From Octopus bimaculoides (taxonomy: Eukaryota), in the NCBI RefSeq assembly GCF_001194135.2, contig NC_068992.1:66289427-66353426 (forward strand): 64,000 nt of DNA, given 5' to 3'. This document shows positions 27,031 to 41,140 of this stretch, piece after piece; within the stretch, counting starts at the first letter, position 1, and every line of letters begins with the position of its first letter. The notes below the pieces were generated by a model that was given only the letters and a program-made list of their open reading frames with translations, ran no database searches and was not told where the DNA came from. A program made the translations under genes and the position numbers.

Positions 27031-28145
27031 GAGCACTCAGAGAGCACAAAACTCTGCCAAGGCAACACCAACATCCTCTCAATGATCAGCCGGAGATGAT
27101 TTTTAAATGAGAATATCTGAAATAAACTTGACTGCTCTCACAAACGAGAATACTAAAAATGAACCCAACAACTCTAAAAAAATTAAGTAAAAAAAACAGA
27201 AAACTAATCCAGAATCCTTGTCCGGTACTGGATCAATCCCAAAATCTAATCAGTTTCTGCCAGTCACAAGGCCAAACATCCCTGAAAGTTTCATCTGAAT
27301 CCATCCAGCGGTTCTTGAGATATCTTGTCCATGGACAAACAAACAAATACAACTGAAAACAATACCTCCAACTTCACTAAGGCAGAGGTAGTAGTAACAC
27401 TGACAATACTAATACATTGACCTTGTCTAGTGGTTTGGGTTAGACATGATCCTAGCTCAAGTCAGTTGTTATTCTGAGTTGGGGTCCTTCTTGATGGTCA
27501 GCGAACCTAGAGTCCCTTAAATGTTTCACATGTCCACCACAAATACCGAAGTTGTCTTTTGTATTTATTTATCTTTTCAGGTCAGTTTATCCTTGAATAT
27601 CTCGGAGAAGTGGTCAGCGAGAATGAATTCCGACGTAGAATGACAGAGAATTATTCTCAAGAACGACATCATTACTGCCTCAATCTGGATGGTGGCGCTA
27701 TGATTGATGGTTATCGAATGGGGAACATTGGACGATTCGTCAATCATTCGTGTGATCCAAACTGTGAGATGCAGAAATGGTAAGATTTTCATGATGTTTG
27801 GCCATGGGACTGACTCAGCCAACCTCATCATCAAACAGGGGTCAGTCATAGTCAGTCCCTGAAGTCTCCTATTCATTCTATCAGTTTCTCTTTTGTCAAG
27901 CTGCTAACCTACTGGGATGCAAACGTCCAAACACACACACACACACACCATACCACATTGCAGGACTGAACTTGAAACCACAAAGCAAACATTTTAACCA
28001 GGCAACCATGCTTGTAATTACATAATTGAATATGTCCATCATCGTTTAGATGTTATACTTTTTAGTCCCACTTCAAACAGTTCCACCAATCCTCGGTTTG
28101 GGATTGGTATTTTGTCGTCAAAATGCGCACACACACACACACACA

Positions 28146-28203
<58 letters not shown>

Positions 28204-29212
28204 CATGCTAATATTGAACAGTGAGAGTGAGTGCTCAGCACTGCAGTGGTGGGTGAATATTGTTTATTTGCAGGTGAACAAGGCTACCAATGGTTTCATG
28301 CGAAGAGACCTTCACAAATGTTAAAGCATGTCACATCTACTTTCATGTGGCATGCATGAGCAATTGTGAAGATCTCTTGACATGAGACCGTTGGTAGCCT
28401 TGTTCACCTGCAAATAAAGTGTATGTAGTCCAACCCATGCCAGTATGGACAACAGACTTTAAATGTCGATGATGATGTTCTATAAAATGTTTGCTGCTAT
28501 GTTTTTTATTTGATTTTCATTTGTTGTCTATTCTTTCCTTCAATATTCGACAGGAATGTCAGTGGTTATTATCGAATGGGACTGTTTGCCTTAAAAGATA
28601 TCCAACCATATACTGAAATTACCTATGATTACAATTTTCATGCCTACAATGCTGATTCTCAGGTAAGATATATATCACCTTCCTATCTCTCATTAACTCA
28701 TTAATTACAATCTTTGATCATTTTTATTTGTATTGCTAATGGTAGTGAAAATGATGCAAAATGAATTGGGCTGCAATCTTTAAAATGGTGTTTTTTTATT
28801 TTTATTTTTATTTTCCTAATTCCTCAGCAAATTTGTCGCTGTGGAACTGACAAGTGCCGTGGTGTAATAGGCGGCAGAACCCAGCGATTAAATGGCATGA
28901 ATAAAGACAAAAATAACATAGCAAGACCCGTTGGCCGTCCTCCAAAAGATAAACGTAAATCAAAGTCTCGATTGAAAAAAATAAGAGACAAAGTGAGTAA
29001 AATGTCACGACACATCGTTTTCTTATTTCACTGTGTGTGTGTGTGTGTGTGTGTCTCCTTTGCCAGCTTTAAAGAAAGATTAAAAACTTATAAATTGTGC
29101 AGTTTGAAAGGAAAATGAATAGGGAAAAACAACATTTTCATTGAAATATATTAAAACTGGAATTCATAAAATTTTACTTGTAATTAATTGCAAATAGTGT
29201 TTAGAGTTTGGT

Positions 29213-29254
<42 letters not shown>

Positions 29255-32200
29255 ATTATGTTATGATCATTATACAGGGTGTTCACAAGGTCTGGGTACA
29301 TGGAGTAAATAAAATCAACATAAACAATTAAATATAAGAAATAATAATTTCTGAAAGTATGTGTTAATCCCCATGTACCCAGACTTTGTGGACACCCTAT
29401 ATGTAAGAATGCTGTTGTTGTTTTAGGAGTCAACTTGAAATAAAATCTCTGTTGTGTTTTGTTTGTCCAGGCTAAAAGTACGCAAGATTCCTCAAGCTCA
29501 GCCTCTTCCAAGGTGCCTAACCAATCTGTGATTAAACCTATGTCAAATAGAGAACGTGGTTTTGCTCGAAAGCATCGCATCTTCCTTGTACGCAACATTG
29601 ATAAAATCCGACAGATCCGGCAAAAAGGACACAGATCTGAAAGCGAGAAGGAGAAGGACTGTGATTATTTTAGAGATACCAACTTATCAAAGACAGGTGG
29701 GTAATGACTTACTGCACACACAAACACACACACTTTCCATTGTGGCTACTGATGAGGATCTGTTGTCTTTGTTGAAGGTTTTTTTTTTTCTTCGTGCTTT
29801 TGGTTACAACTGGACAAAAAAGAAGTTCTCTCCATAGACTCTATGGTCCTCCAGGGCCACTGGTGTTGTTGGTGTTGTAAGAAAAAAACATTGCAATTGC
29901 AAGAGGTAGCTCTTACATCCAAACAACATAAGCCAACAACAGTGTTCAGTAAGATCCATGAAAGTAGAGTCCGAGAGGTATAAAGTTCCGATGGTAGTCT
30001 GGGTGGAGTGGTGGTGAAGTAGAGGAGATGAAGGTTCGAGAGAGGAGGAAGTTCAGTTAAACAGGATCAAACTGGGGTGACCACACGAGCCTATATTATA
30101 TGGGGTTCAAAACCGTACAAAATACTAAAGACAGAGGTTGAGGGTGGGGGTGGGGGGATCAACAAACAAGGTCTGTTAGTTTGATGCTTGGGTAAAATGG
30201 AAGAGTCTTAGACTTTTGAGGAGAGAAAATGGAGAGAAGGGGGGAAAGAAAGCTGTCTGGATTAGAAGTTGCACATGTTGGATTGAACTCACAAATATAC
30301 CGTTGTGAACTGCTTGGCTTGTCAAATTAGGTTGAATTTCAGGGAATAAATCAATTTGCTCGACTAAAGGCGATGCCGCAGCATGGCCACAGTCAAATGA
30401 CTGAAACAAGTAAAAGAGTAGAGGAGAAAGACCAACGGAAGGACACATGCAGCCCTGGGAGCCATGGTTGGAAACCACCAACTAGACTAATTAATACTGT
30501 TATCCTCCAACTTGTAAGAAGCAAATCTAATTGAACTGATGGAGGGAGGGGTACTTACTGATTGGGTCACTTCTCACTACTGGCACAGTCTACTTGGCTG
30601 TAAATAGATATCATACTTGGCAAGGTAGAGTTCACTGCTGTTAGCAGTGGGAGCACTTTGTAATCAAAGAATGTTTTGTAGTCTTCAGAATGCAGCAGAC
30701 ATCACCCTTCCCTGGTAATCTACTAATTGACTGGGTTACGAAACATTATCACCACCACCACCACTACAATTACCGGTTCCCACAATTATTGCATATTTAA
30801 ATGCCACATGTTTATATGAATGAATCTACATCATTACAAAAGCACATTGTCACTGTAGGAATTGTTCTCTTCTGTCTTTGCAGACATGTTCCTTACCAAA
30901 TTTACTGCTCTAAAGACTGAACGTTCAGTAAAGACCAGGTAAATATAGTCACAGAAATTTTGTTTTCTTTCTCTTCTTTTTGATATACAAACTAAATTGA
31001 GACTCGGACATAAACAGTATCATCATTATTTATTCTTTCAGGAATGACAGGATGAAAGTTGTAAACATAATTCTTCCCTTCCATTTAATCATTGTCTTGT
31101 CTTCAAATTTGAAAAGTCTGAGGCAAACTTCTTTGTAACACTTGTCTCTTTGTGGAAAACAGGTTGGCTGTGATCTGTATGGAAAATTGCTTTCATCCTG
31201 GGTTCTGTCTCGTTATTACACTTCATAGAAAACTTTAACAACACTCGTTAATGTTTCCTGACCATTTTGTTATTTTGCATAATATAGATCATAACGAGAT
31301 AAGTTTCTGCTTCATTCAGACTTCATTAATATTTTCATTTTTCCCCAAAATAATTTGGTATATTTCTTTGGTTGTAACTTTGTTGCTTTTGATTTGTCTG
31401 CTGCTAAGTTTCTCTCAGACATTTCAATATTTCCAATTCCCAGGCGTTTGGCAATGGCTGATGAGAACAGTGAACTGACAAAAATTGCCAAATTAGCTCA
31501 AATGTTCAAAGTGATGATGAATTCAGTACGAAAATACAAAAGTAAGTTTTTTCACTATAGTTAGGTTTTTACATTTTATTTTATTTAAATTTTTTTTTTT
31601 TTTTTTTTTTTATTGATCCGCCTGTCTTGCTCCCATACTGGTGGCACATAAAAAGCACCATCCAAATGTGGCCAATGCCAGTACCCCCTGACTGGCTCCC
31701 ATGCTGGTGGCATGTAAGAAGCACCCACTACACTCTTGGAGTGGTTGGCATTAGGAAGGGCATCCAGCTGTAGAAACCTTGCCAGATCAGATTGGAGCCT
31801 GGTGCAGCATCCTGGCTCTCCATACCTCAGTCAAACCGTCCAACCCATGCCAGCATGGAAAACGGACGTTAAACTATGTTGATGCTGATGATATTGATCA
31901 GCAATTGATATTAAAATACTGATTGAGAGTTTTAATTACAATTTATTTGTTTTGTTTTTGAATATCAATTTTATTCTGCCGGTGTAATGTTTTTTTGAAA
32001 TTTAATATTTCATGAATTGTTAGAACAAATATATATTTCTACTGCTAACCCCTAAATTAGGAATTAGGGCTGGATTCTGTTATCCTCCATACAGACTGAC
32101 ATGTTGTACAGAATTATAGAGGGAGAATCTAATGGCTTGTAAGAAGTTTGAACTCCTGATATTCTAATCCATGTCTAACATCTTAATATTATAAGGTGTT

Positions 32201-33005
32201 GTGTCAATAGTTTCCCCGCCTCCCTACACCTCCAGATATATTGTCACAAAATCAAATTGCAGTTAATTCACACATAGTCCTAAATGTAAATAGAGATTTT
32301 ATAATATTGCCCTGTTTCTGTTGAACCTTCTTTTTTAGTCTTTTCTCAAACCATTAAATAATTCATTTGTGTGTGTGTTAACTCCTCCTCTCTTTACTAG
32401 TATGGACTTCCTGCCCATTTTTTGTGTCCACAGCAAACCAGGTCACTTCACTTCCCAACCTGATAACATTGAAGTAATTTAATTAAACCTTCTGCTTCCT
32501 ATTAGAATTCATTTGCCATTACGTTTCTCCTCTACACACCTGCCATTGTCTTCTTCATGCATCTTATCATCTTTTCATTTCCCCAGCTGATGATGGCACC
32601 TACCTTGCCAACCAGTTACTCATTTTACCGTCAAAGAAACGACATCCAGATTATTATGAACTAATTGACGACCCAATTGACATTAATTCAATAGAATTCA
32701 ACATCAACACCGGTCAATATAAGAGCTTTGAATATTTTGACAATGACATCTTGAAGCTTTTCCGAAATTCAGAGGTGAGTACTCATGTCAATCTGGTCTC
32801 TTTTTCTTTTTCCCAGTCATTTGACTGCAGCCATGCTGGAGCACTGCCTTTAATCAAACAAAACGACCCCAGGACTTATTTTTTGTAAGCCTAGTACTTA
32901 TTCTATTGGTCTGTTTTACTGAACCACTAAGTTACGGGGACGTAAACGCACCAACATCGGTTATCAAGCGATGGTGGGGCGGGAGGGGTAAACACAAACA
33001 CACAA

Positions 33006-33056
<51 letters not shown>

Positions 33057-36000
33057 GTAAATCCCAAAAAAGAAGAACAAATGCAAAAAAACAACAACGT
33101 GAAGACTTGGTACATGTAAAGTATTAGCAGACGCTCAGGAAAGAAAAGAAAGATGGTTTAACGTTTCAAGCAGACGCTCAGGAAAGAAACAGAGAAAAGT
33201 CCAAAAGAAGGGAAGACGGAGGAAGAAAATCACCAATGATTCACATATACATACATATATATGTATATACGACTGGCTTCTTTCAGTTTCTGTCTACCAA
33301 ATCCAGATGTGATGAAGTCTGGTCTGAGGCTGTTGGACTTCATAAAGAAAAAACTTGTCTGGCCGATACCAATATGGAAAAAATGACCATAAAACAGTGA
33401 TGTTGATGATACAAAGCCAACATGATGCCAGCATGGATTGGACAGCTCATCATTGTTCAAGTTAGTTTTTATTCATGAATAGATTGTACATTTTTGGCAA
33501 AGTTTCTCTGGCTGGATGTCATTCTTGACAGCAACCACTTCACAGAGTAGACTGGATGAATTTTATCATGGCACCAGCACTAGAGAGAGTTATTTTGCCT
33601 TAACAAACGACTCTGAAAGTAGGACATTAGCCCTTCACTTGATTATCTCCCTTATATAGCTCTGTTTGTTGACATGATAAAAGAATTTGCCTACATCGAT
33701 ACCTGTTTTTACCTGTTTATCAACTAATGGCAATCTGTTGCCCTCGTTTCTGTCTCCTTGTAGAAATACTTCAAACGAAAGTCTGAGAAAGGACGGCAAG
33801 TTGTTTGTTTGCGGAAAATCTATAATTCTGTGAAAAATAGTATGATGAAGAAGTTGCAGGAGATCACAGGAGAAGATGGAGTGTCGAAATCTCGGGGTTC
33901 GGTAGAATCTACTGAAGTCGTTGAAACGAAAAATAAAAAAGGTAAAGTTTTCAAGTTCAAACCAGCTCGTTATTCTTTCTTGCCTTCGTCATGTCCAGCC
34001 CTCATCATCGTCTTCTCTGTATTACATCAGCTCATCACTTTTCTCCTCTCCGCTAGCTTTTCATTAGAGATATAGTGTCAATCAATACTTAATGGACAGG
34101 GCTTCATCTTCATTCTTATCTCCATTCTCCCCTCTCGTTAACATGGACTTGATTGGACAACTTTGTGATATGGCAGCAAATGGCTGTTTTTTTCTTTCAA
34201 ACCTGTGTCATTTAGTTTTGTGATTAGACTTTAAACTCTACCACATGACTGTTGGGACTCCTTGATAAAATCCACTGGGACGTTACCATTCAGACCAGGT
34301 CTCTTGCCTCAAGGGAACTCAGGATCTTCATAGACTGCTGCCCCCTATTGTCCTTCTTTGACCGAGATATTTAAAAAATTGACGTAATATCCTAAGTTCT
34401 GACTTGATCATTTCTGGAATAAATAATCTCCATAACCAGTTCAGATGCTTTTATAACAAGACACAGTAACCCTGTTTCTATTGGGTATAGAATTGCTGTT
34501 GTTATTGTTAAGTTGAAACAAGGAAAGGAAGGGGAACGTTGCTCTCCTTCCACTGCAACTCTGTCACTTTTAAGTTCAGAAAATACGAAAGTGACTGAAA
34601 GAGGCGAAGGACAAATGTGATGGAAGGGCGGGTTAAGTCAATTATATCCACCCCAGGGCTCAACTGGTACTTATTTCATTGATCCCAAAAGGATGAAAGG
34701 CAAAATCAACCAGGTGGAATTTGAACTCAGAGTGTAAGTATGGACAAAATGCTACTAAGCATTTTGCCTCGTGTGCTAACCATTCTTCCATTTTGCCACC
34801 TTAAGTCTCTAATAACAGCCCATTAATGGATACCTCTTATCAACTCTCAGTATTGACAAAAAGTAGAGCTATCATTATATGCAAGTGAGATAGAGAAGAT
34901 ATTTTACAGATAAACATTCTTAGCTGCTTTCTATGAGATTTACATGTTTCTATTGGTACTTTTATATATTTTTGTAATTTTTTTTATCTTCAGACAAAGA
35001 AGAAGAACCGGAAGAAGAAATCATTCGCTGTATATGTAACATTTATAGAGATGAAGGCCTTATGATTCAGTGTGAGAAGTGTTTTGTAAGTATCCTCTCA
35101 CTTTCATCTCCTCCGATTTACGATTATCTTTCAAACTCCGTTTTGAAGTCTCTCTCTTTGTATTTAACATAGTTTATACGGCATCTAATTCCCACACTTT
35201 ACATTAATGGGATTTTTTTGCCAAGTTGTGTTTCATGAGACATATTCCCTGACCTTTGTTGTGTTACTTCATCTGCAGATATGGCAGCACTGTGATTGTA
35301 TGGGTGTCAAAGGCAACGTGGCTAATTACCTGTGTGAAGTGTGTGACCCTCGTTATTATCCGAAGGTAAGATGGTTTCTCTTTCTCATTTGCATGTGCTA
35401 TTAGGGAGCTTGATTAAATTTAAGGAGTTGGCAACAAAGTGAAAGGTAGATTGTACGATAGCTTGTGTGGGAGATGTGAATAAGGTGGAAAGAAATGAGG
35501 TGACCCTGGTCCGTTCGGTGTGAAATAGGAGCTGAGAGAAAAGTTAGGGATCAGGTTTACTGTAGAAGGGGGAAAAGACTGCTGCACCTGGTACAGACAT
35601 GCAAGGTAGAGAAGGGACAACTGATCAGAATAGGAAGGAAGCTGTTCAAGAGAAAAACTGGTCTGAAGGGATGGAATCTCGTAAAAAAGAAGACAAAGGC
35701 AACTATGCCGTGGCCAACTGAGGCATAACTTGGGGACATGGTTGCAAAAGAGGGCTGTTATGGTGAGAGCACAGTATTAAATGTTTGTATCAGTAATATG
35801 GTGGTGACTTATCTCAATCACATGTAGAACGAGGGTGAGTGTATATATTTGAGTGAGGGATGGAGTGTGAGTGCAGAGTCAATGATGGAATTAAAGAAGT
35901 TATGTTGTGGAGTAAAGAGGGTTCTGCTGCTGTATCTGGCCAAATCACATTCTCTGTGAGTAAAGGTTAACGATGCTTAGGTGCAAGGATGAGGGTTAGT

Positions 36001-39000
36001 ATTCACAGGTCTACAAATGTTCTAAATGTTTTAGTTAGTCCGACCTCTGAAGGAAGCAGGGTGAGGATGTTAACAAGAGATATAAGGGGGGGAGGGGTAT
36101 TGTAGTGACGTAGATAGCTGTCAGTATGTGCACATCAGAGAATACTGTTGCAATATTCACAGAAGCAGTTCTTTAAAACAGCACCAGGTGTCACTTATGT
36201 GTTATAAATCTCAAGATTTGGTGATGGTGCCACATATAAAGCACCCTGTACCCTATGTTAAGTGGTTGGTGTTAGGAAGGGCATGCAGCTGTAGAATCCA
36301 TGCCAAAACGGACAATGGGACCTGGTGTGGCTCTCCAGCCTTGCCAGCTCCTCTCGAACCATCCAACAGATGTTAAATGATGAGAGATATAACTGGTGAT
36401 CTGGAGGGAGTTTTAATGTAAAATAGTGTGTGTGTGTGTGGGTATAGAAGGGAGATATTTACTTGTTACTTAATGAATTTTGTTGTAATGTTTGTAGGAA
36501 ATTCTGATGGTACCTCAGCCAAGTGATGCTGCATCTGGCAACACTTATTATATGACACTGATGCGTGATGAGATGCAAATCCATGTTGGTGATTGTGCCT
36601 ATGTAATGAGAGATAATCTGCTGAAAAGAAGTTCGGATGGAACACCTGTACGGACATCTTATCGTCTCCTGTCCAACATCAGTCCAGATAAGTTGGATAT
36701 TTTCAGAGTAGAACGGCTGTGGAAAAATGCAAAGTAAGTGAATTTGGGGAAATGTCGTTGTTGATTAGCTGAGGTGAACCCTTGTTGGTAGATCTCAGAT
36801 GTAAGACGTTCCAGTTGTGACTATCCTGTCATTTTAAGGGTTTGTAGAAATACATAAAGTAAGAAAAACATGTAACATTGTAAAAAAGATAAACCATTGT
36901 CTTGAATAAACGGAATTTCACTGTTGACAATTGTTTGAAATAGGCCAATATGAAAAGTCTTGTGAAAACCGGATGTAAATATAATCAAATACTTTGTTTG
37001 GAATGTCGCAAACTGTTAAATGATTTATTATTATTGTTATAATTAAGTCCTATTAATTAAATTATTAAAAATTTAATTGAAATCATGCTGAATTTGTAAC
37101 TTAGCAACACTTTAATTAATATGATTTTTAGTTCTTACTTAGCATTTTCTGTGATGGCAATTTATTCCATAAATGTTTTAGTATTTTTTTGATATTTTTT
37201 TTCTCTTGTTATATAAACATGTGTCCATGTGAAATCCCCACATGAAGATGGTTGTTTCTGTTTGCAGGGATGAAAAGTTTGCCTATGGTCATCATTATGT
37301 ACGACCACATGAGACATTCCATGAACCTTATCGGAAATTTTTTGCCAATGAGGTAATTATTGTTTTTTATTTCTTCATCTTCCAACTGATTCCACAAGAG
37401 ATTTTATTGCTAATTGGAGACATTCATACATTTCATCAATCTGGCTGATATCTTTGAGAATGGCATGAAGATCACAGGATCAATCCTAGACCACATAAGT
37501 TAATGTTTTGATACCTTCCTGGAGGAGGTAACAAGGAACCTTTTCAATGTTCACTTGCTAGAAACACTACACTATCTGACCCTCTCAATAACAACTCTAG
37601 ATTATTTACGGAGATTGTCTTGAAGCCCTCGTTAACCCCACTACTGTTCAGTAGTGGTAGTAATAATGATACTACTGCTACTACTACTACTACTACTACT
37701 AGTTTCTATATTCTGTTGAAGAGATTCTAGACCCGTGGTTCCCAAAAGTAGCCCCCAGGGCTTCATGCGGCCTTCAAGCATCCGTCTGACAGTCCTCAAC
37801 AGTCTTCCCTCAATAAATATAATAAAATTTTCTCTAATTGACTTGTATTTTACTTTTTTGAGGTGTGGTCCCTTTAAAAAATCCTGGTTTTAGATCTAGC
37901 CCCCAGATATTTAAAAGTTTGAGAACCACTGTTCTGCACAGTAAAGCATTTTTGGGAGTTGGGGGAAGATTTTATGTTGGAGCTGATGGTTGGTGTTTCT
38001 TTTGAAGCAGAAATCACACTCAAAACTACCATTGTCATTTTTGTAGTTTGTATTTCTTTCATCTCTCCCCCCCCCCCNNNNNNNNNNCTAAGTATTTTCT
38101 TATACTGATCTTTCATTTGTAACCCTCAAAGTTTCAGCCAATATTGGCATGTTGTGTACTAAAAGTTGGCACTAATGACCACCACATACTAAACCTATTT
38201 GTATCGGTGACGTTCAATCATTATTTGACCATTCTGTTAACCTTCCATTGTTATCCAACTTTACAGGTTTTCCGAATACCATTGTACGACATAATTCCAT
38301 TAGAAGCCATTATTGGAACTTGTTGTGTGCTTGACCTCAACACCTACTGTAAAGGACGGCCAAAAGGACTGAAAGAACAAGATGTATATATTTGCGAAAG
38401 CAGAGTAGATAAAACTGCACATCATTTCTCAAAAATATCACGCACAAGGTAAAACATCTGAACCATTTTTTTATATGTTCTTCTCTTGTCTTTTTGTTTT
38501 ATGACTCTTCTATTTTGTTGATGAATGCCATTGTTTTGGGGGTTGTTCAGTGTCAACCTGCTGTCCAGTTATCCACAATTCATAGCCAGAGATGTCACTC
38601 TTCATTGCAATGGCCCAATACATTGAACAGTGAATAGATACCATGAAGAGGTTTACAACTGTTATTTATTGTTACTTCAGTGTTCAGTATAGAGAGGAAG
38701 GGAAGATAAATGGTGGAACAAACATTACAGGAAGTTTCTATCACACACACACACACACACGCACACAGAGCAACTTTTGTATTGTTGATATCATATTAAC
38801 AAACATCTCTTGTAACTTGTATAGGGTTAATACGTTATAAACCACAAATTTCCCGGAACATGTGTAGGGGTTGGAGAAGATGAGTCAAATAAGTTTTGTT
38901 GGTTGTATAAGATTAATTAAATTGTATGAAAACTAAAGTCCTTACAGTAGAGGTGGATGACAACCAAGATGGTGGCAGTGCTACCCGCCAAGTAGCTGCT

Positions 39001-40612
39001 GCTGTTGTTGTTGTGTTTCCTGTCATTGTACATAGTTTTGATTGAGGCAGATTTCAAAGTTAAACAGAAAGTTCTCTCTTTAACAGTGTTGTAAGTAAAT
39101 GTCTGCCTGTTATTAATATTCAGAGATAAACTTTAAACTTCAGTTTCTGCAATCCACAAACAGCAAAAAAAACAAAAAGACCAAGTCAGAAACCTTGGGC
39201 TGAATTCTAATCAAAGACTCTTCATTGATTTCAACCCAGCAAACTAACCTGTCCTTAGTGTTCCTGCTGGTGCAAACACTTTGCCCATTGGCTACCCTTA
39301 CTTTCAGTATAGTCTTTCACTCTATTTACCCCATCTTCTAGGCACTGCACCCACCACCCTGCACCCACCACCCTACATTTCTCACTCTATCAACTACCAA
39401 TATCGTTCTTATGGTTGTTAACTTTAATGTTGGTGTGTTTCCAATAGAACTATATCAAGCAGGAATTGCTTTCCCAAGTGAACTCTCTTGTCTGCCTGGT
39501 CAAAGTGGCAATATTGTTTCAGCCACTGTCACAGAGAATTGCCTGCTTCTTACTCTCTTAACGTCTCATCTATTTGATTAAGATGTTGCCCCTCAGATTG
39601 TTTTAACCAGAGCAAGTTCCTCTGCTCACCCTCACCTACTTTAGAGGACCTCAGACTTTGATTATGTCACTGAAAATCTTTTCTCCTGCTACACAAAAAC
39701 CTTGCTCTTCTAACTCTCCACATTCCAACACAATACATAAAACTCACCACTCCTTATTCTGCAGGGATGCTGGCTGTCCTGGCTGGCTGAGACAGTGTTT
39801 GTAGATTTATTTACAACAGAGCTCTCAGTGTTTGTTTGTTGTTAAAATAACGTCCACAATAATTCACGCTTTCAATTCATCATGTGCTCTCTCTCTCTCT
39901 CTCTCTTTCTCTCTCCATCTCTTCACCTCAATCATTCAAACCAACAAGCTTGTTATCTCACTCTCTCCACTGCAAACATTCCTAATGCTTTTCTATTTTT
40001 TCATTGTCTAGATATCCAGTTCTTACGAAATCCTATTGCTTTGATAAATTTGAAAAGCGGTTGTTTCCCAAAAGAACCTACTCAGTAAGTAGAATCGATG
40101 TTTACGGCATTTCAGCTTCTTCACTGTCAATCTTGCGTTACATGCATGTTGTGTGTGTCTGTCTGTGTGTCTTGTGGGAAACAGCTTCTCTTTTAGGCAT
40201 AAATTTTAATTCTTTTCATTTCGCCATCATTATGCTTATTTGGTATATAACATTAGGAAGAGTATCCAGCCATACAAACCCTCATCCAAAACAAACTTTG
40301 GAGCTTGGCACTGTCCTCTGGCTCACCAGCTCTTGTCGAGCTATCCAACCCATGCAGCATGGAGAAGAGGCATTAAACAATGATGATCAGGATTTCTGTC
40401 AGATAAATGAGTGCTCAATACATGTTGTAGAGGATATGGGTTTTTTTTTGTTTTTTTTTTATCGAATCTGAAACTCAGAGTTTGTCTCACAATTGAAATT
40501 TCATGCCACTGAGACCTGTAGAACTTCAGGTAAGAACTGTTCTCACCTGAAAATTGCAATGGTGTGAAACCTGTTGCAAGAGACATTCTTAGTTTCAATT
40601 TAAAAAAACAAA

Positions 40613-40656
<44 letters not shown>

Positions 40657-41108
40657 GTATGTATACACACCCTCACATAAATATATTTATTGNNNNNNNN
40701 NNGTCAAATGAAAAGCCTGTTTGTCTCTCCCTCACACTCCCCCCCCCCCTGTCACTACATCAACCATCACTCACCTCTCTCCTGCATTCAGTTAGCCCCT
40801 ACCTGATCCCAATCATCTTGTTGCATATCCACATTTAGACATACCTTTACATTACAAATGCCTCTCCCTCTGACATCAACATAGCCTAGCAGTGAGCTTA
40901 TCGAATGTGGTTTTGCTTTGGCCGTTTAGCCCCATGAAGTCCCAGAGACCTACAAACGGCGTGGTCCTGGTGAACGGCACTCCCACTCAAATGATGACCT
41001 GCACAGCAGCAACAGCAACAACACTAAACAGTGTAACAAGAAGAGTTCAGACTCAGCTGGAAAGTCTTCAGCAGCAGCCACACAGCAGCAGCAGCAGCAG
41101 CAGCAGCC

Positions 41109-41140
<32 letters not shown>

